Assembly (NCBI RefSeq): GCF_003334405.1
Contig: NZ_QOWM01000009.1
Strand: one strand, 5' to 3'
Source of the DNA: Escherichia coli
GTDB lineage: Bacteria > Pseudomonadota > Gammaproteobacteria > Enterobacterales > Enterobacteriaceae
DNA length: 64,000 nucleotides
The notes under the pieces are model-generated. The model searched no databases. It worked only from the letters and a program-made list of their open reading frames with translations, and had not been told where the DNA came from. The position numbers were made by a program, and so were the translations under genes. Below are positions 35,917 to 48,365 of the stretch, piece by piece; the first letter of the stretch is position 1, and the number at the start of each line of letters is the position of its first letter.

Positions 35917-37290
35917 TTAATGGTTGGAGAACCAGTTCAGTTTATCGCGCAGGCCAACAACCCGACCAATAATAATTAGCGATGGACTGTTCATTTGCTG
36001 CGCCAGTTCTCCCAGCTGTGTGAGCGTACCGTCAATCACGCGCTGCGTGACTGCCGTACCGTTTTCGACAATTGCCACCGGCATTTCGCCTGGCATTCCG
36101 TGTTCAATCAGCTTTTGCTGAATAGTCGCGGCCTGATTCAACCCCATATAGAACACCAGCGTCTGTTTTTCTGCCGCCAGGTTTTCCCAGTCCAGCTCGC
36201 CACCGGTTTTTAAGTGTCCGGTAATTAAGCGTACGCTCTGGGCATAATCGCGATGCGTGAGTGGAATACCCGAATAGGCAGAGCAACCAGAAGCTGCGGT
36301 AATACCCGGAACCACCGAGAACGGAATACCCGCGTTGCACAGTGTTTCCAGCTCTTCGCCACCACGGCCAAAAATAAACGGATCGCCACCTTTCAGCCGC
36401 ACCACGCGTTTGCCTTTTTGCGCTTCCCGCAGCAGGATCTGGTTAATCTCTTCCTGGGGTACGCAGTGGTATCCCGCGCGTTTGCCGACGAAAACACGGT
36501 CCGCATCGCGGCGTACCAGATTCATAATATCGTCAGAAACCAGACGGTCGTAGACCACCACATCTGCCTGCTGAATTTGTTGCAGTCCTTTCAGTGTCAG
36601 CAGCCCGGCATCGCCCGGACCTGCACCAACCAGCACCACTTCACCGCGATGGTCGAGCGGTTCGTTGATTAACTGTTCGGTCGTTTCAGTAATGGCTTTC
36701 TGATCGTTGTTTGCCAGCGACTGCGCCAGGCGGTCGTTAACGAACAATTTCTCCCAGAAACGGCGACGCTCACCCATCGTGGCGAACTGTTGTTTCACTC
36801 GCCCGCGTAATTGCCCGGCGTATTTCGCTACCTGGCCCAGATGTAACGGCAGCAGTGATTCAAGTTTTTCGCGCAACAGGCGTGCCAGAACCGGAGAGGT
36901 GCCGCCAGAGGAGACCGCTACCATGAGCGGTGAGCGGTCAATAATCGACGGCATAATAAAGCTGGCGGCTTTCGGCGCATCGACCACGTTACAGAAGATG
37001 CGACGAGCTTCAGCGGCTTCGCTGACGCGCTGGTTAAGCGCGTCATCATCCGTCGCTGCAATCGCCAGCCAGCAGGTGTCGAGAAGGCTTTCATCAAATG
37101 GCCCTTCGACGAGGGTTAACATGCCTGCATCTGCCCATGCGGTGAACTGTGGAATAAACGCTAATGCATTCACCGTTAAGCGAGCGCCTGCGTCTAACAG
37201 CAACCTTGCTTTGCGTTCCGCGACATCACCACCGCCGACAATCAGACAGTCGCGATCGCGTAATTGGCAAAATATAGGCAAATGATCCAC
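35917..37290 (-). CDS. cysG: Siroheme synthase (uroporphyrinogen-III methyltransferase / dehydrogenase / ferrochelatase)
   Basis: N-terminal Rossmann LIVGGGDVA and methyltransferase GAGPGD; 457 aa with GTG start at 37288-37290. Confidence 0.95.
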
Positions 37291-37308
37291 GTAAAAACCC
37301 CTTAGTAA

Positions 37309-38115
37309 TTAACCGGCAGCCGTTTCAGTTTGATTAAATTTGTCCGCAACCGGACGATTCGCTTTCGGCGTAGCATACCAATAACCCAATCCCATGAATA
37401 CGGCACCTGATAAAGTATTACCCAGCGTCACCCACAGCAGGTTATGACCAATACCCGCCAGCGTGTAGGCTTCGCTGTGGTTGCCGAACCAGGAGAGCGC
37501 GAACAGCGTCATGTTAGCGATAGAGTGCTCGTAGCCGGACGCGATAAATGCCAGCAGACACCACCAGATAGCGATAAATTTCGCCGCCCCTTCAGTGCGC
37601 AGCGCCATCCAGATTGCCAGGCAAACCAGCCAGTTACACAATGCACCTTTGAAGAAGAGTACCATTGCCGGTGCAGTGGTTTTAGCCAGCGCGACGGAGT
37701 GAACGATGCTGGTATCTACCGGCAGCAGGCTACCGCCGCCCCAGCTATAGAGCATGGCAACGAAGACGGAACCGACCAGGTTACCCAGCCAGGTTTGCGG
37801 CAGGATTGCCCACATTTGCCCGTGGCTGATGCTGCCCGCTTTTACCCCAAAGGTGAGGAACATGGTGTGTCCGGTGAACAGTTCAGAACCGGCGATAATC
37901 ACCAGCGTTAAGGCGATACCAAAGGTCGCGCCCATCACCAAAGGGCGTACGGATGGATCGAGCAAATTACCGAGCGTGAAAATCAGGATGATCCCAAGAC
38001 CCACATACGCGCCCGCCATGGCGGAGCTGACCCAAAAGCCGAGCGGGTTATTTGCCGACAGGCGTGCAATGCGCGCAGCGTTAGCCGCACACTTATTAAT
38101 AGTGTCTGTAAACAT
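37309..38115 (-). CDS. nirC: Nitrite transporter (formate/nitrite transporter family)
   Basis: 268-aa polytopic membrane protein between nirD and cysG. Confidence 0.9.
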   Translation of the reverse strand: MFTDTINKCAANAARIARLSANNPLGFWVSSAMAGAYVGLGIILIFTLGNLLDPSVRPLVMGATFGIALTLVIIAGSELFTGHTMFLTFGVKAGSISHGQMWAILPQTWLGNLVGSVFVAMLYSWGGGSLLPVDTSIVHSVALAKTTAPAMVLFFKGALCNWLVCLAIWMALRTEGAAKFIAIWWCLLAFIASGYEHSIANMTLFALSWFGNHSEAYTLAGIGHNLLWVTLGNTLSGAVFMGLGYWYATPKANRPVADKFNQTETAAG

Positions 38116-38202
38116 TTGATTATCCTTTAAAAAATAAAAACAAAAAATAAAACAAAAAGTTTAAAAAATGTCCTGCAATATACCGAAGATTATTACAGGA
38201 CC

Positions 38203-38232
38203 ATGCAAAAAGGGGAGGCATTGCGCCTCCCG
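38203..38232 (-). terminator. Intercistronic hairpin with U-tract between nirD and nirC
   Basis: Stem GGGAGGC / GCCTCCC (38213-38219, 38225-38231); the minus-strand transcript continues CUUUUUGCAUGG. Confidence 0.6.
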
Positions 38233-38240
38233 TTAAAACA

Positions 38241-38567
38241 TTAACCGCGCAGCTGCACCACGCCGTCTTTCACTCGCGCTTCGTAATGTTTGACGGAAAA
38301 CTGTTCGTCTTCCATGCACAAGCCGTCGCTTAAGCGAAAACGCTGTTTTTTCAGCGGGCTGGCGACCCACAGCTCGCCCTGGTGTTCCGCAATCAGTCCG
38401 CGTGACAGCACGCTGGACTCGAAGAACGGGTCGATGTTGCTGATCGCAAACACCTGATCGCTGTGATACGGGCGGAAAATCGCGACCTGCTCGTCACCTA
38501 ACAGCGCGCAGACGCCGGTTTCAGGCAGGATGTCATCGATTTTGCAGATGTCTTTCCACTGGCTCAT
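38241..38567 (-). CDS. nirD: Nitrite reductase (NADH) small subunit
   Basis: 108 aa; start overlaps the nirB stop (ATGA). Confidence 0.9.
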   Translation of the reverse strand: MSQWKDICKIDDILPETGVCALLGDEQVAIFRPYHSDQVFAISNIDPFFESSVLSRGLIAEHQGELWVASPLKKQRFRLSDGLCMEDEQFSVKHYEARVKDGVVQLRG

Positions 38568-41107
38568 GCGTTGTCCTCCACCAGAGTTACTGGGATACGT
38601 TCATACGGCGTTGCCGGACGGTGCTGTTCGCGCTCTGGCACCATCTGCACGTTCGGGTCACGCTTGTCGCTGTTGATGAAGTGTTTGAAGCGAGTCTGCG
38701 CAGACGGCGTATTGACCGTTTCAGTCCACTCACACAGTACCGCTTCACGCAGGCGCGCCATCTCTTCTTCCAGATGTGCGTTCAGCCCCAGTTTGTCGTC
38801 AATGATCACTGCTTTCAGGTAATCGATGCCGCCTTCGAGGTTTTCTAACCACGGTGCGGTACGCGTCAGTTTGTCGGCAGTACGGATGTAGAACATCATG
38901 AAGCGGTCGAGATATTTGATCAGCGTTTCGCGATCGATATCCGCCGCCAGCAGATCCGCATGACGCGGTTTCATGCCGCCGTTACCGCAAACATACAGGT
39001 TCCAGCCTTTTTCAGTGGCGATAATACCCACGTCTTTACCCTGAGCTTCTGAACATTCACGGGTACAGCCGGAGACACCGAACTTCATTTTGTGCGGCGT
39101 ACGGATGCCTTTGTAGCGGTTTTCCAGTTCCACGCCGAGGCCGACGCTGTCGCCAACGCCGTAGCGGCACCAGGTGCTACCCACGCAGGTTTTCGCCATA
39201 CGCAGTGCTTTCGCATAGGCATGACCGGTTTCGAAGCCGGCTTCAATCAGCTGACGCCAGATCTCCGGCAGATCGTCTTTCTGTGCGCCAAACATCGCCA
39301 GACGCTGGGAGCCAGTGATCTTGGTGTAGAGATTAAATTCACGCGCGATACGACCTACCGCCATCAGCCCTTCCGGGGTGATTTCACCGCCCGGAGAACG
39401 CGGGATCACCGAGTAGGTGCCGTCTTTCTGGATGTTAGCGAGGAAGTTGTCGTTAGAATCCTGCAGCGGAGTATGTTCCGGCTTCAGAATGTATTCGTTC
39501 CAGCAGGAGGCCAGCAGCGAACCGACGGTTGGTTTACAAACTTCACAACCGTAGCCTTTGCCGTGTTTCGCCAGCAGTTCTTCGAAGGTTTTAATGCCTT
39601 CAACGCGGATCAAATGGAACAGTTCCTGACGCGAATAAGCAAAGTGTTCGCACAGGTTGTTGTTAACTTCGATGCCCTGTTTCGCCAGTTCCGCGTTCAG
39701 TACCTGAGTGACCAGCGGGATACAGCCACCGCAGCCAGTACCCGCTTTGGTTTCAGCTTTCAGCGCCGCAACTGTGTGGCAGCCTTTGTTGATGGCAGCA
39801 ATCAGATCACCTTTGGTGACGTCGAAGCAGGAGCAGATTTGCGCGCTGTCCGGCAGTTTATCAACACCGATAGACGGCTTGCCGCTACCCGAGTGTGCTG
39901 GCAGGATCAGGGAATCCGGGTTTTCCGGCAGTTCGATAGCGTTCAGCACCAGTTGCAGCAGGTTACCGTAGTCGCTGGTATCGCCCACCAGTACCGCACC
40001 GAGCAGGGTTTTGTTGTCTTCGCTGACAATCAGGCGTTTGTAGATCTCTTTACTTTCGTCGAGGTAAACGTAGCTACGTGCGCCAGGCGTGCGACCGTGC
40101 GCATCACCAATACCGCCTACGTCTACGCCCAGCAGTTTCAGCTTGGCGCTAAGGTCAGCACCTTCAAAGGCGTTTTCGCTACCGAGAATATGGTCAACGG
40201 CGACCTGCGCCATTTTGTAGCCAGGTGCTACCAGACCAAATACACGGTTGTTCCAGCTTGCGCATTCACCGATGGCGTAGATATCCGGATCGGAAGTCTG
40301 GCAGGAATCATTAATGACAATACCCCCACGCGGAGCAACGTCCAGACCACACTGGGTTGCCAGCTTATCGCGCGGACGGATACCGGTAGAGAAGACGATA
40401 AAGTCGACTTCCAGTTCGCTGCCGTCGGCAAAACGCATGGTTTTACGCGCTTCAACACCTTCCTGCACAATCTCAAGGGTGTTTTTGCTGGTGTGAACGC
40501 GCACGCCCATACTTTCGATTTTGCGACGCAGCTGCTCGCCGCCCATCTGATCAAGCTGTTCTGCCATCAGCATAGGGGCAAATTCGATAACGTGGGTTTC
40601 AATACCTAAGTTTTTCAGCGCGCCTGCGGCTTCCAGACCTAACAGGCCGCCACCAACAACGGCACCGCGTTTGCTGCGACGGGCGCAGGATTCAATGGCG
40701 TTGAGGTCTTCAATAGTGCGATAGACAAAGCAGTCCTGAGTATCAGAACCTTTGATTGGCGGGATCCACGGGTAGGAACCGGTTGCCATGATCAGCTTGT
40801 CATAAAAAACGGTACGTCCGGCGCTGGAGTGAATCACCTTCTCCTGACGGTTGATGGTGATAGCGCGTTCGCCGACCAGAACTTTGATGCCGTGTTTCTC
40901 GTAGAAGCCTTCGCGCACCAGCGACAGCTCTTCGGCGGTGTGGTGAGAGAAGTAAGACGAGAGGTGTACGCGGTCATAAGCGATGCGCGGTTCTTCACAG
41001 AAAACGGTAATATCAAAGTTGGCCGCATCAGATTTATCAAGAAGATCTTCGATAAAGCGATGGCCGACCATACCGTTACCGATAATTGCGAGTCTGACTT
41101 TGCTCAT
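38564..41107 (-). CDS. nirB: Nitrite reductase (NADH) large subunit
   Basis: N-terminal FAD/NAD fold LAIIGNGMVG; 847 aa; FNR and NarL sites upstream (separate features). Confidence 0.95.
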   Translation of the reverse strand: MSKVRLAIIGNGMVGHRFIEDLLDKSDAANFDITVFCEEPRIAYDRVHLSSYFSHHTAEELSLVREGFYEKHGIKVLVGERAITINRQEKVIHSSAGRTVFYDKLIMATGSYPWIPPIKGSDTQDCFVYRTIEDLNAIESCARRSKRGAVVGGGLLGLEAAGALKNLGIETHVIEFAPMLMAEQLDQMGGEQLRRKIESMGVRVHTSKNTLEIVQEGVEARKTMRFADGSELEVDFIVFSTGIRPRDKLATQCGLDVAPRGGIVINDSCQTSDPDIYAIGECASWNNRVFGLVAPGYKMAQVAVDHILGSENAFEGADLSAKLKLLGVDVGGIGDAHGRTPGARSYVYLDESKEIYKRLIVSEDNKTLLGAVLVGDTSDYGNLLQLVLNAIELPENPDSLILPAHSGSGKPSIGVDKLPDSAQICSCFDVTKGDLIAAINKGCHTVAALKAETKAGTGCGGCIPLVTQVLNAELAKQGIEVNNNLCEHFAYSRQELFHLIRVEGIKTFEELLAKHGKGYGCEVCKPTVGSLLASCWNEYILKPEHTPLQDSNDNFLANIQKDGTYSVIPRSPGGEITPEGLMAVGRIAREFNLYTKITGSQRLAMFGAQKDDLPEIWRQLIEAGFETGHAYAKALRMAKTCVGSTWCRYGVGDSVGLGVELENRYKGIRTPHKMKFGVSGCTRECSEAQGKDVGIIATEKGWNLYVCGNGGMKPRHADLLAADIDRETLIKYLDRFMMFYIRTADKLTRTAPWLENLEGGIDYLKAVIIDDKLGLNAHLEEEMARLREAVLCEWTETVNTPSAQTRFKHFINSDKRDPNVQMVPEREQHRPATPYERIPVTLVEDNA

Positions 41108-41165
41108 TTTTGCCTCGATTTCTTTTCTATTACCGCCTACCTTAACGATTCAGCAACCCCGCTTA

Positions 41166-41179
41166 TTGATGTAAATCAA
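41166..41179 (-). promoter_or_regulatory. FNR binding site of the nirB promoter
   Basis: Perfect consensus TTGAT-gtaa-ATCAA centred about 65 bp upstream of the nirB ATG, consistent with a class II site at -41.5. Confidence 0.85.
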
Positions 41180-41192
41180 ATTCACCTTTATA

Positions 41193-41208
41193 TACTCCTT
41201 AATGGGTA
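41193..41208 (-). promoter_or_regulatory. NarL/NarP 7-2-7 site of the nirB promoter
   Basis: TACTCCT-ta-ATGGGTA: both heptamers fit TACYYMT; centre lies 28 bp upstream of the FNR site centre. Confidence 0.65.
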
Positions 41209-41368
41209 TATTGCTGATTTGTATAAATTTTCTTAAGTCACGGAATTGTCTGATATTTCATGTTTGTGCAAAAAATAGACAAAATGAGCGGGTTTATAGA
41301 AATAGATGCACGTAGCGGGGGAAGAGAGGAAAAGGCCGGACGACGATAGTGCCGTCCGGCATGAGCAA

Positions 41369-42550
41369 TTAATGAGAGGTCAGGGTGTTATGCTGACGGT
41401 GACGGCTGACGAAACCTAACAGGAAGCACATCACAAAGACGACAGCGTACAGACCGTTTGCTGTAAGCAGTGCCGCCTGCGGACCGCTATGTTCAACGAT
41501 CGGGCCGGTAACCACAAAGGTCAACATAGTACCGATGGTTCCGCAGGTCAGGACAAAGTTAACCAGTTTTGGCGACGGTACTTTGGTCTGCTGTGAACCC
41601 AGGGTGATGATGGTGGTATAGATCGCGCTGGAGAAGAAGCCCAGAGCGAGAATTGACCACGCCATATGTGCTGGTGTTCCGGTGTTAAAGACGTACATCA
41701 GAATCGCAGCCAGACCAGCCAGTACGGTCAGAATGCGTTGCAAATCAAAGAAGCGAAGAATAAAGCTGAACGCCCACATGCCGACCATGTATGACATCCA
41801 GAAGTTACTCACCAGCGTGCCCGCGTCGTTCAGGCTCATGCCCAGGCCTTTGGCATACTCAGGCACCCAGGAGATAAAACCTAACTGACCGAGGATGTAG
41901 CACAACGCCGCAACAGAGAGAAACAGTACGCCGATCCCCCACTTTTCTTTCTCTACCGGAGCATCCGTTTTTGGCGCATGTTTGCCCAGCGCCGGGAACT
42001 CACAGCCGAAGGTCAGAATAAAAATAGCGACATACACCAGCCCGATGCAGGCATAAACCCAGTACCACTCAATGCTGCGCGCCAGTAGAAACGCGGCGAT
42101 CATTGGGAAAATCATCCCAGCCATACTGAAGAAGGAGTCGGTAAATAACAGGCGGGAACCGCGCTGACGCCCTTCATACATTTGTGTTACCAGGAATGTA
42201 CCAATCGACATGGTGATGCCGCTGACCACCCCGAGAATGAACATCGCCGCCGAGAACAGCGCCAGGCTGTGGCTGAACATCAAACCGGCAACCGCCAGCA
42301 CCATCAGGAGAAAGCCAAAACGTAACTGCGTTTTCAACGGGACGATTTCCATCAGCCAGGCGTTGAGGAAGATAGAGATTAAAATGCCGGCGTTGAGGAA
42401 GGTGAAGGTATTACTCATACTGGAAACAGGCAGATTGAAATAATCGGCGATATTTCCCATCACCATCCCGGTGACAATAACCAACGCACCAGTCAGTGCG
42501 TAGGAGAGAAAGCTAATCCATGTGAGCTTGATGCGATTGCTGTTAGTCAT
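41369..42550 (-). CDS. tsgA: MFS-type membrane protein TsgA
   Basis: 393-aa polytopic protein, divergent from ppiA. Confidence 0.85.
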
Positions 42551-42672
42551 GATTGGCCTGCGTTCAAAAATAAAATGGCATAGCGGGATATGCCGCGAGC
42601 GGGCGATTTTAGGTGATTTTGTGATCTGTTTAAATGTTTTATTGCAATCGGTTGCTAAATTGCATTTTAAGA

Positions 42673-42688
42673 GGTGATTTTGATCACG
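42673..42688. promoter_or_regulatory. Candidate CRP site in the tsgA/ppiA divergent region
   Basis: gGTGA-ttttga-TCACg, about 135 bp upstream of the ppiA ATG. Confidence 0.4.
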
Positions 42689-42811
42689 GAATAAAAAGTG
42701 AACGTCAGGTTACATATATTTCAGATACGTAAAATTAGGTAAAGGGATGGCCTTGTTCTTGAAGGCTATTTAGAATCTCTTCACTTGCTTTTTTTCTGCT
42801 CTGTTTGTTAA

Positions 42812-43393
<582 letters not shown>

Positions 43394-43402
43394 TGATTTC
43401 TC

Positions 43403-43430
43403 GCGCGGGCAATCTTGCCCGCGCTTCTGC
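43403..43430 (+). terminator. Putative terminator after ppiA
   Basis: GC-rich stem GCGCGGGC / GCCCGCGC with 6-nt loop, followed by TTCTGCTCTC. Confidence 0.45.
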
Positions 43431-43497
43431 TCTCCCGGCGTAACCCGGATTTGCCGCTTATACTTGTGGCAAATGGACACGTTCAGGGAGGCATCAA

Positions 43498-43665
43498 GTG
43501 AAGAAACTCACCGATAAGCAAAAGTCCCGTCTCTGGGAGCTTCAGCGTAATCGTAATTTTCAGGCCAGTCGCCGTCTTGAAGGCGTCGAGATGCCTTTAG
43601 TCACTCTTACTGCCGCAGAGGCTTTAGCGCGCCTTGAAGAGCTGAGGAGTCACTATGAGCGATAA
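43498..43665 (+). CDS. yhfG: Small antitoxin-like partner of Fic (55 aa)
   Basis: Not in ORF track; hand translation from GTG 43498: [55 protein letters not shown]; 3' end overlaps fic by 11 nt. Confidence 0.75.
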
Positions 43666-44257
43666 ATTCGGCGAAGGGCGCGATCCGTATCTTTATCCAG
43701 GCCTTGATATCATGCGTAACCGGCTGAACATCCGCCAGCAGCAGCGGCTGGAACAGGCCGCTTACGAAATGACGGCGCTGCGTGCTGCGACCATTGAGCT
43801 TGGTCCGCTGGTGCGCGGTTTACCGCATTTGCGAACTATCCATCGCCAGCTGTATCAGGATATTTTCGACTGGGCAGGGCAACTGCGTGAAGTTGATATT
43901 TATCAGGGTGATACGCCGTTCTGCCACTTTGCTTATATCGAAAAAGAGGGCAATGCCCTGATGCAGGATCTGGAGGAAGAAGGTTATCTGGTTGGCCTGG
44001 AGAAAGCGAAGTTCGTCGAGCGGCTGGCGCATTACTATTGTGAAATCAACGTGCTGCATCCCTTCCGGGTGGGAAGTGGTCTGGCACAGCGGATCTTCTT
44101 CGAGCAACTGGCGATTCATGCCGGATATCAACTGAGCTGGCAGGGTATCGAAAAAGAGGCCTGGAATCAGGCAAATCAGAGTGGGGCAATGGGGGATCTC
44201 ACCGCACTGCAGATGATATTTAGCAAAGTGGTAAGCGAAGCCGGGGAATCTGAGTAA
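43655..44257 (+). CDS. fic: FIC-domain protein (AMPylator family)
   Basis: 200 aa; FIC signature region reads [12 protein letters not shown] at 44057-44092. Confidence 0.9.
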
Positions 44258-44288
44258 AATAGCGCGGTTCTTTTGTACCGGAGCCGCC

Positions 44289-44852
44289 ATGATCCTGCTT
44301 ATAGATAACTACGATTCTTTTACCTGGAACCTCTACCAGTACTTTTGTGAACTGGGGGCGGATGTGCTGGTTAAGCGCAACGATGCGTTGACGCTGGCGG
44401 ATATCGACGCCCTTAAACCACAAAAAATTGTCATCTCACCTGGCCCCTGTACGCCAGATGAAGCCGGGATCTCCCTTGACGTTATTCGCCACTATGCCGG
44501 GCGCTTGCCGATTCTTGGCGTCTGCCTCGGTCATCAGGCAATGGCGCAGGCATTTGGCGGTAAAGTTGTGCGCGCCGCAAAGGTCATGCACGGCAAAACC
44601 TCGCCGATTACACATAACGGTGAGGGCGTATTTCGGGGGCTGGCAAATCCACTTACCGTGACACGCTACCATTCGCTGGTGGTGGAACCTGACTCATTAC
44701 CAGCGTGCTTTGACGTGACGGCCTGGAGCGAAACCCGCGAGATTATGGGGATTCGCCATCGCCAGTGGGATCTGGAAGGTGTGCAGTTCCATCCAGAAAG
44801 TATTCTTAGCGAACAAGGACATCAACTGCTGGCTAATTTCCTGCATCGCTGA
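44289..44852 (+). CDS. pabA: Aminodeoxychorismate synthase component II (glutamine amidotransferase)
   Basis: Class I GATase catalytic Cys context GVCLGHQ; 187 aa. Confidence 0.95.
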   Translation: MILLIDNYDSFTWNLYQYFCELGADVLVKRNDALTLADIDALKPQKIVISPGPCTPDEAGISLDVIRHYAGRLPILGVCLGHQAMAQAFGGKVVRAAKVMHGKTSPITHNGEGVFRGLANPLTVTRYHSLVVEPDSLPACFDVTAWSETREIMGIRHRQWDLEGVQFHPESILSEQGHQLLANFLHR

Positions 44853-44922
44853 TTTCTGATTGCCATTTAGTGATTTTTTATGCATATTTTGTGGTTATAA
44901 TTTCACATTTGTTTATGCGTAA

Positions 44923-46158
<1,236 letters not shown>

Positions 46159-46181
46159 ATACGAAGCATCAGGCAAAAGAT

Positions 46182-46214
46182 GTCGGATGCGGCGTGAATG
46201 CCTTATCCGATGGT
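46182..46214. repeat. REP element between convergent argD and yhfK
   Basis: GTCGGATGCGGCGTGAATGCCTTATCCGATGG is close to the REP consensus. Confidence 0.7.
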
Positions 46215-46224
46215 TTAGCCTGCA

Positions 46225-48315
46225 TTACGCCTTCGAATCCCGCAACTTGCGACTCAGCCAAATCCCGTGATGCGGTCGCTGACGCCATGCCATCGACGAA
46301 ATGGTGTGCATGGTGTTCAGATGACCAATAACCCGCTGTAAATGCTGCTCCAGCGTACCTGCCGCGCCTTCGTGCGGCTGCATCTCTGGCGCATCCATGA
46401 TATTGGCATCGCCAGAACTACCCGGTTCGTCATACTCCAGTCGCTGCTGACAACGCTGAATGGCGATTTCACAAGACTGTAAATACTCTTGTGCCAGTTC
46501 AGGTGGCAATGCCCGGTGTTCCCGCGCCAGCGTGGTCATGGCATTAATATGCTCAACAATAAACTGGCTGTGCGTTACCCACAGTTTCATATCTGCCAGA
46601 TAATGGCTGTTAAACGCCGGTTCCTGCATCGCCTGATTCAATGAGTTATACAGAGTGTTATGTGCCTGATTTACCCGCATTCGCTGCCAGGCCAGTGGCG
46701 TAGGTTGCGGATCCTCGCTAAGAATCAAGCGAATCGCTTCCTGATAGGCTTCTAAAGCATCATGGGCGTTTTTACGCAATAACCCGCTCTGCCACTGCGG
46801 CCACAGCCAGACAGTACCGCCGAAAGCAATTAAACAACCAATAATGGTATCGATAAGACGCGGAAGGATGTATTGCTCGCCGTTCAACCACAATAGTTGC
46901 AGGGTATACACTGCGGTAATAGTAAAACCGACCGTCGCCCAGCCGTAGTTTTTGCGCAATATCAGGTAGCTGGCGAGGGTGGTAATCAGCATCAACGTCA
47001 GGGTGTAACCTTCGGGAATTTTAAAGTGCAGCGCCACGCCCGCAATGATTAACCCGACCACGGTTCCCACGGAGCGATTCACAATCCTCAGACGGGTTGC
47101 GCCATAGCCATTTTGTGTCACCAGCAATACCGTCATCAGGATCCAGTACGACTTCGGCAGATGCAGCGCGGTGCCCATCAGGCTGGCAACGCTTAACATC
47201 ACACTGAGTCGTCCGGCATTGCGTAGCGCCGGAGACTTTAGTGACAGATAACTTTTCAGCGCCGGAAGTAATGGCATTCGCCGCTGTTTATCGGCCAGTA
47301 AGTCACGGGCATAGAGCGGTTTTTGGGTGCGCAGCACGCGGGCGATGCGGCTGAAATGCCAGTAGCAGAATTGCCCAACCGGATTATCCGGATGCTGGCG
47401 GGCGATTTTTTCCAGTGCGCCAATTTGCTTTTCCATCGTAAAACGCGTTGGCAGGCGATGGTAAAGAATGTCATCAGCCAGCACGCGCAGGCGAGCGGCG
47501 ACGGTTTGCGCATTCCAGCGGATAACTTCTTCCGCATGGCTACGCTCGACCAGCTTTTGCACCTCTTCCGGCTGATGCAAACTGACCGAAATATGTTCCT
47601 GTAAATCCAGCGCCTCCTGGAAAATACGCAGCATCCGCTTGTAGTCAGTATTATTTTGCGCGGAAAGCATATGCATTTGCTGATAGCACTGGGTAATTAG
47701 ATCGACCGCTTTTTGCTGGCGCACCAGCAGCGGCGGCAGCGCTTTTTCAGGGTCGGTGTGCTGGGTAAGCAGGCTGTATTTGGCTTCACAATAATCTGCC
47801 AGTTCACGGTACAGCAGACTTAGTGACTCGCGCAGCGGTTGTTCGCGCCAGATCCAGAACCAAAACCAGTTAAACAATCCGTACCAGAGAGTGCCCAACG
47901 CATAGATGAGCAACGGTTCCCAGACCGGCATGTATCCCGCCAAACTGAGGGTAAAAATGGCGGCGAGCAGCGATGCAGGAAGCAATTTTGCGTGCAATGG
48001 CCCCAGCTCAGCAGTGACGCCAAGTACCAGCGTTAATCCGGTCAGCAAAAAGGGCAGGGGAACATCTTTTGCCAGTAGTAGCTGTGTCAGCAAGCTACAG
48101 GTGGCAAACAGCGACGCACCAATGATTAAGCGTTTGAAAAAACGTTTATGAGGCGTATCAAGGCCCGCAATATTGCAACAGGCAGGAACGAGGGAGAAGA
48201 GCAGACCGAATCGTAATTCGCCAAGCATTAACCCAACGGCCACGGGCAAACATAGCACCAGCGTTTGTCGAAGTGCATAGTTGATATCGGGGTGATAAAT
48301 CAGTCTGCGCCACAT
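46225..48315 (-). CDS. yhfK: Large inner-membrane protein of unknown function
   Basis: About 696 aa from ATG at 48313-48315 (MWRRLIYHPD..); the ORF-track start 48327 is a TTG four codons upstream. Confidence 0.8.
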   Translation of the reverse strand: MWRRLIYHPDINYALRQTLVLCLPVAVGLMLGELRFGLLFSLVPACCNIAGLDTPHKRFFKRLIIGASLFATCSLLTQLLLAKDVPLPFLLTGLTLVLGVTAELGPLHAKLLPASLLAAIFTLSLAGYMPVWEPLLIYALGTLWYGLFNWFWFWIWREQPLRESLSLLYRELADYCEAKYSLLTQHTDPEKALPPLLVRQQKAVDLITQCYQQMHMLSAQNNTDYKRMLRIFQEALDLQEHISVSLHQPEEVQKLVERSHAEEVIRWNAQTVAARLRVLADDILYHRLPTRFTMEKQIGALEKIARQHPDNPVGQFCYWHFSRIARVLRTQKPLYARDLLADKQRRMPLLPALKSYLSLKSPALRNAGRLSVMLSVASLMGTALHLPKSYWILMTVLLVTQNGYGATRLRIVNRSVGTVVGLIIAGVALHFKIPEGYTLTLMLITTLASYLILRKNYGWATVGFTITAVYTLQLLWLNGEQYILPRLIDTIIGCLIAFGGTVWLWPQWQSGLLRKNAHDALEAYQEAIRLILSEDPQPTPLAWQRMRVNQAHNTLYNSLNQAMQEPAFNSHYLADMKLWVTHSQFIVEHINAMTTLAREHRALPPELAQEYLQSCEIAIQRCQQRLEYDEPGSSGDANIMDAPEMQPHEGAAGTLEQHLQRVIGHLNTMHTISSMAWRQRPHHGIWLSRKLRDSKA

Positions 48316-48354
48316 CGGGGGAAACAAAATGGCGCGCTACCAGGTAACGCGCCA
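48316..48354 (-). terminator. Intrinsic terminator downstream of crp
   Basis: GC-rich stem TGGCGCG / CGCGCCA (48330-48336, 48348-48354); the minus-strand transcript continues AUUUUGUUUCCCCC; overlaps the yhfK start region. Confidence 0.65.
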
Positions 48355-48365
48355 CTCCGACGGGA

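Noticed and set aside
39092-40609. 505-aa plus-strand ORF running antisense through nirB, and similar long antisense ORFs (61568..63154 opposite fusA, 32873..33868 opposite frlB, 10948..11910 opposite mrcA, 1493..2110 opposite pckA, 25869..26480 and 26384..27031 opposite yhfW/yhfV).
   Set aside because: Each lies wholly inside a well-supported gene with recognisable motifs on the other strand and has no SD or own promoter context; they are shadow ORFs of GC3-rich coding sequence.
42673-42688. Reading GGTGATTTTGATCACG as an FNR site (TTGAT-N4-ATCAA spacing) rather than a CRP site.
   Set aside because: Half-sites are GTGA/TCAC with 6-bp spacing, which fits CRP better; FNR-type TTGAT/ATCAA matches only 4 of 5 per half. 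Kept as a CRP candidate at low confidence.
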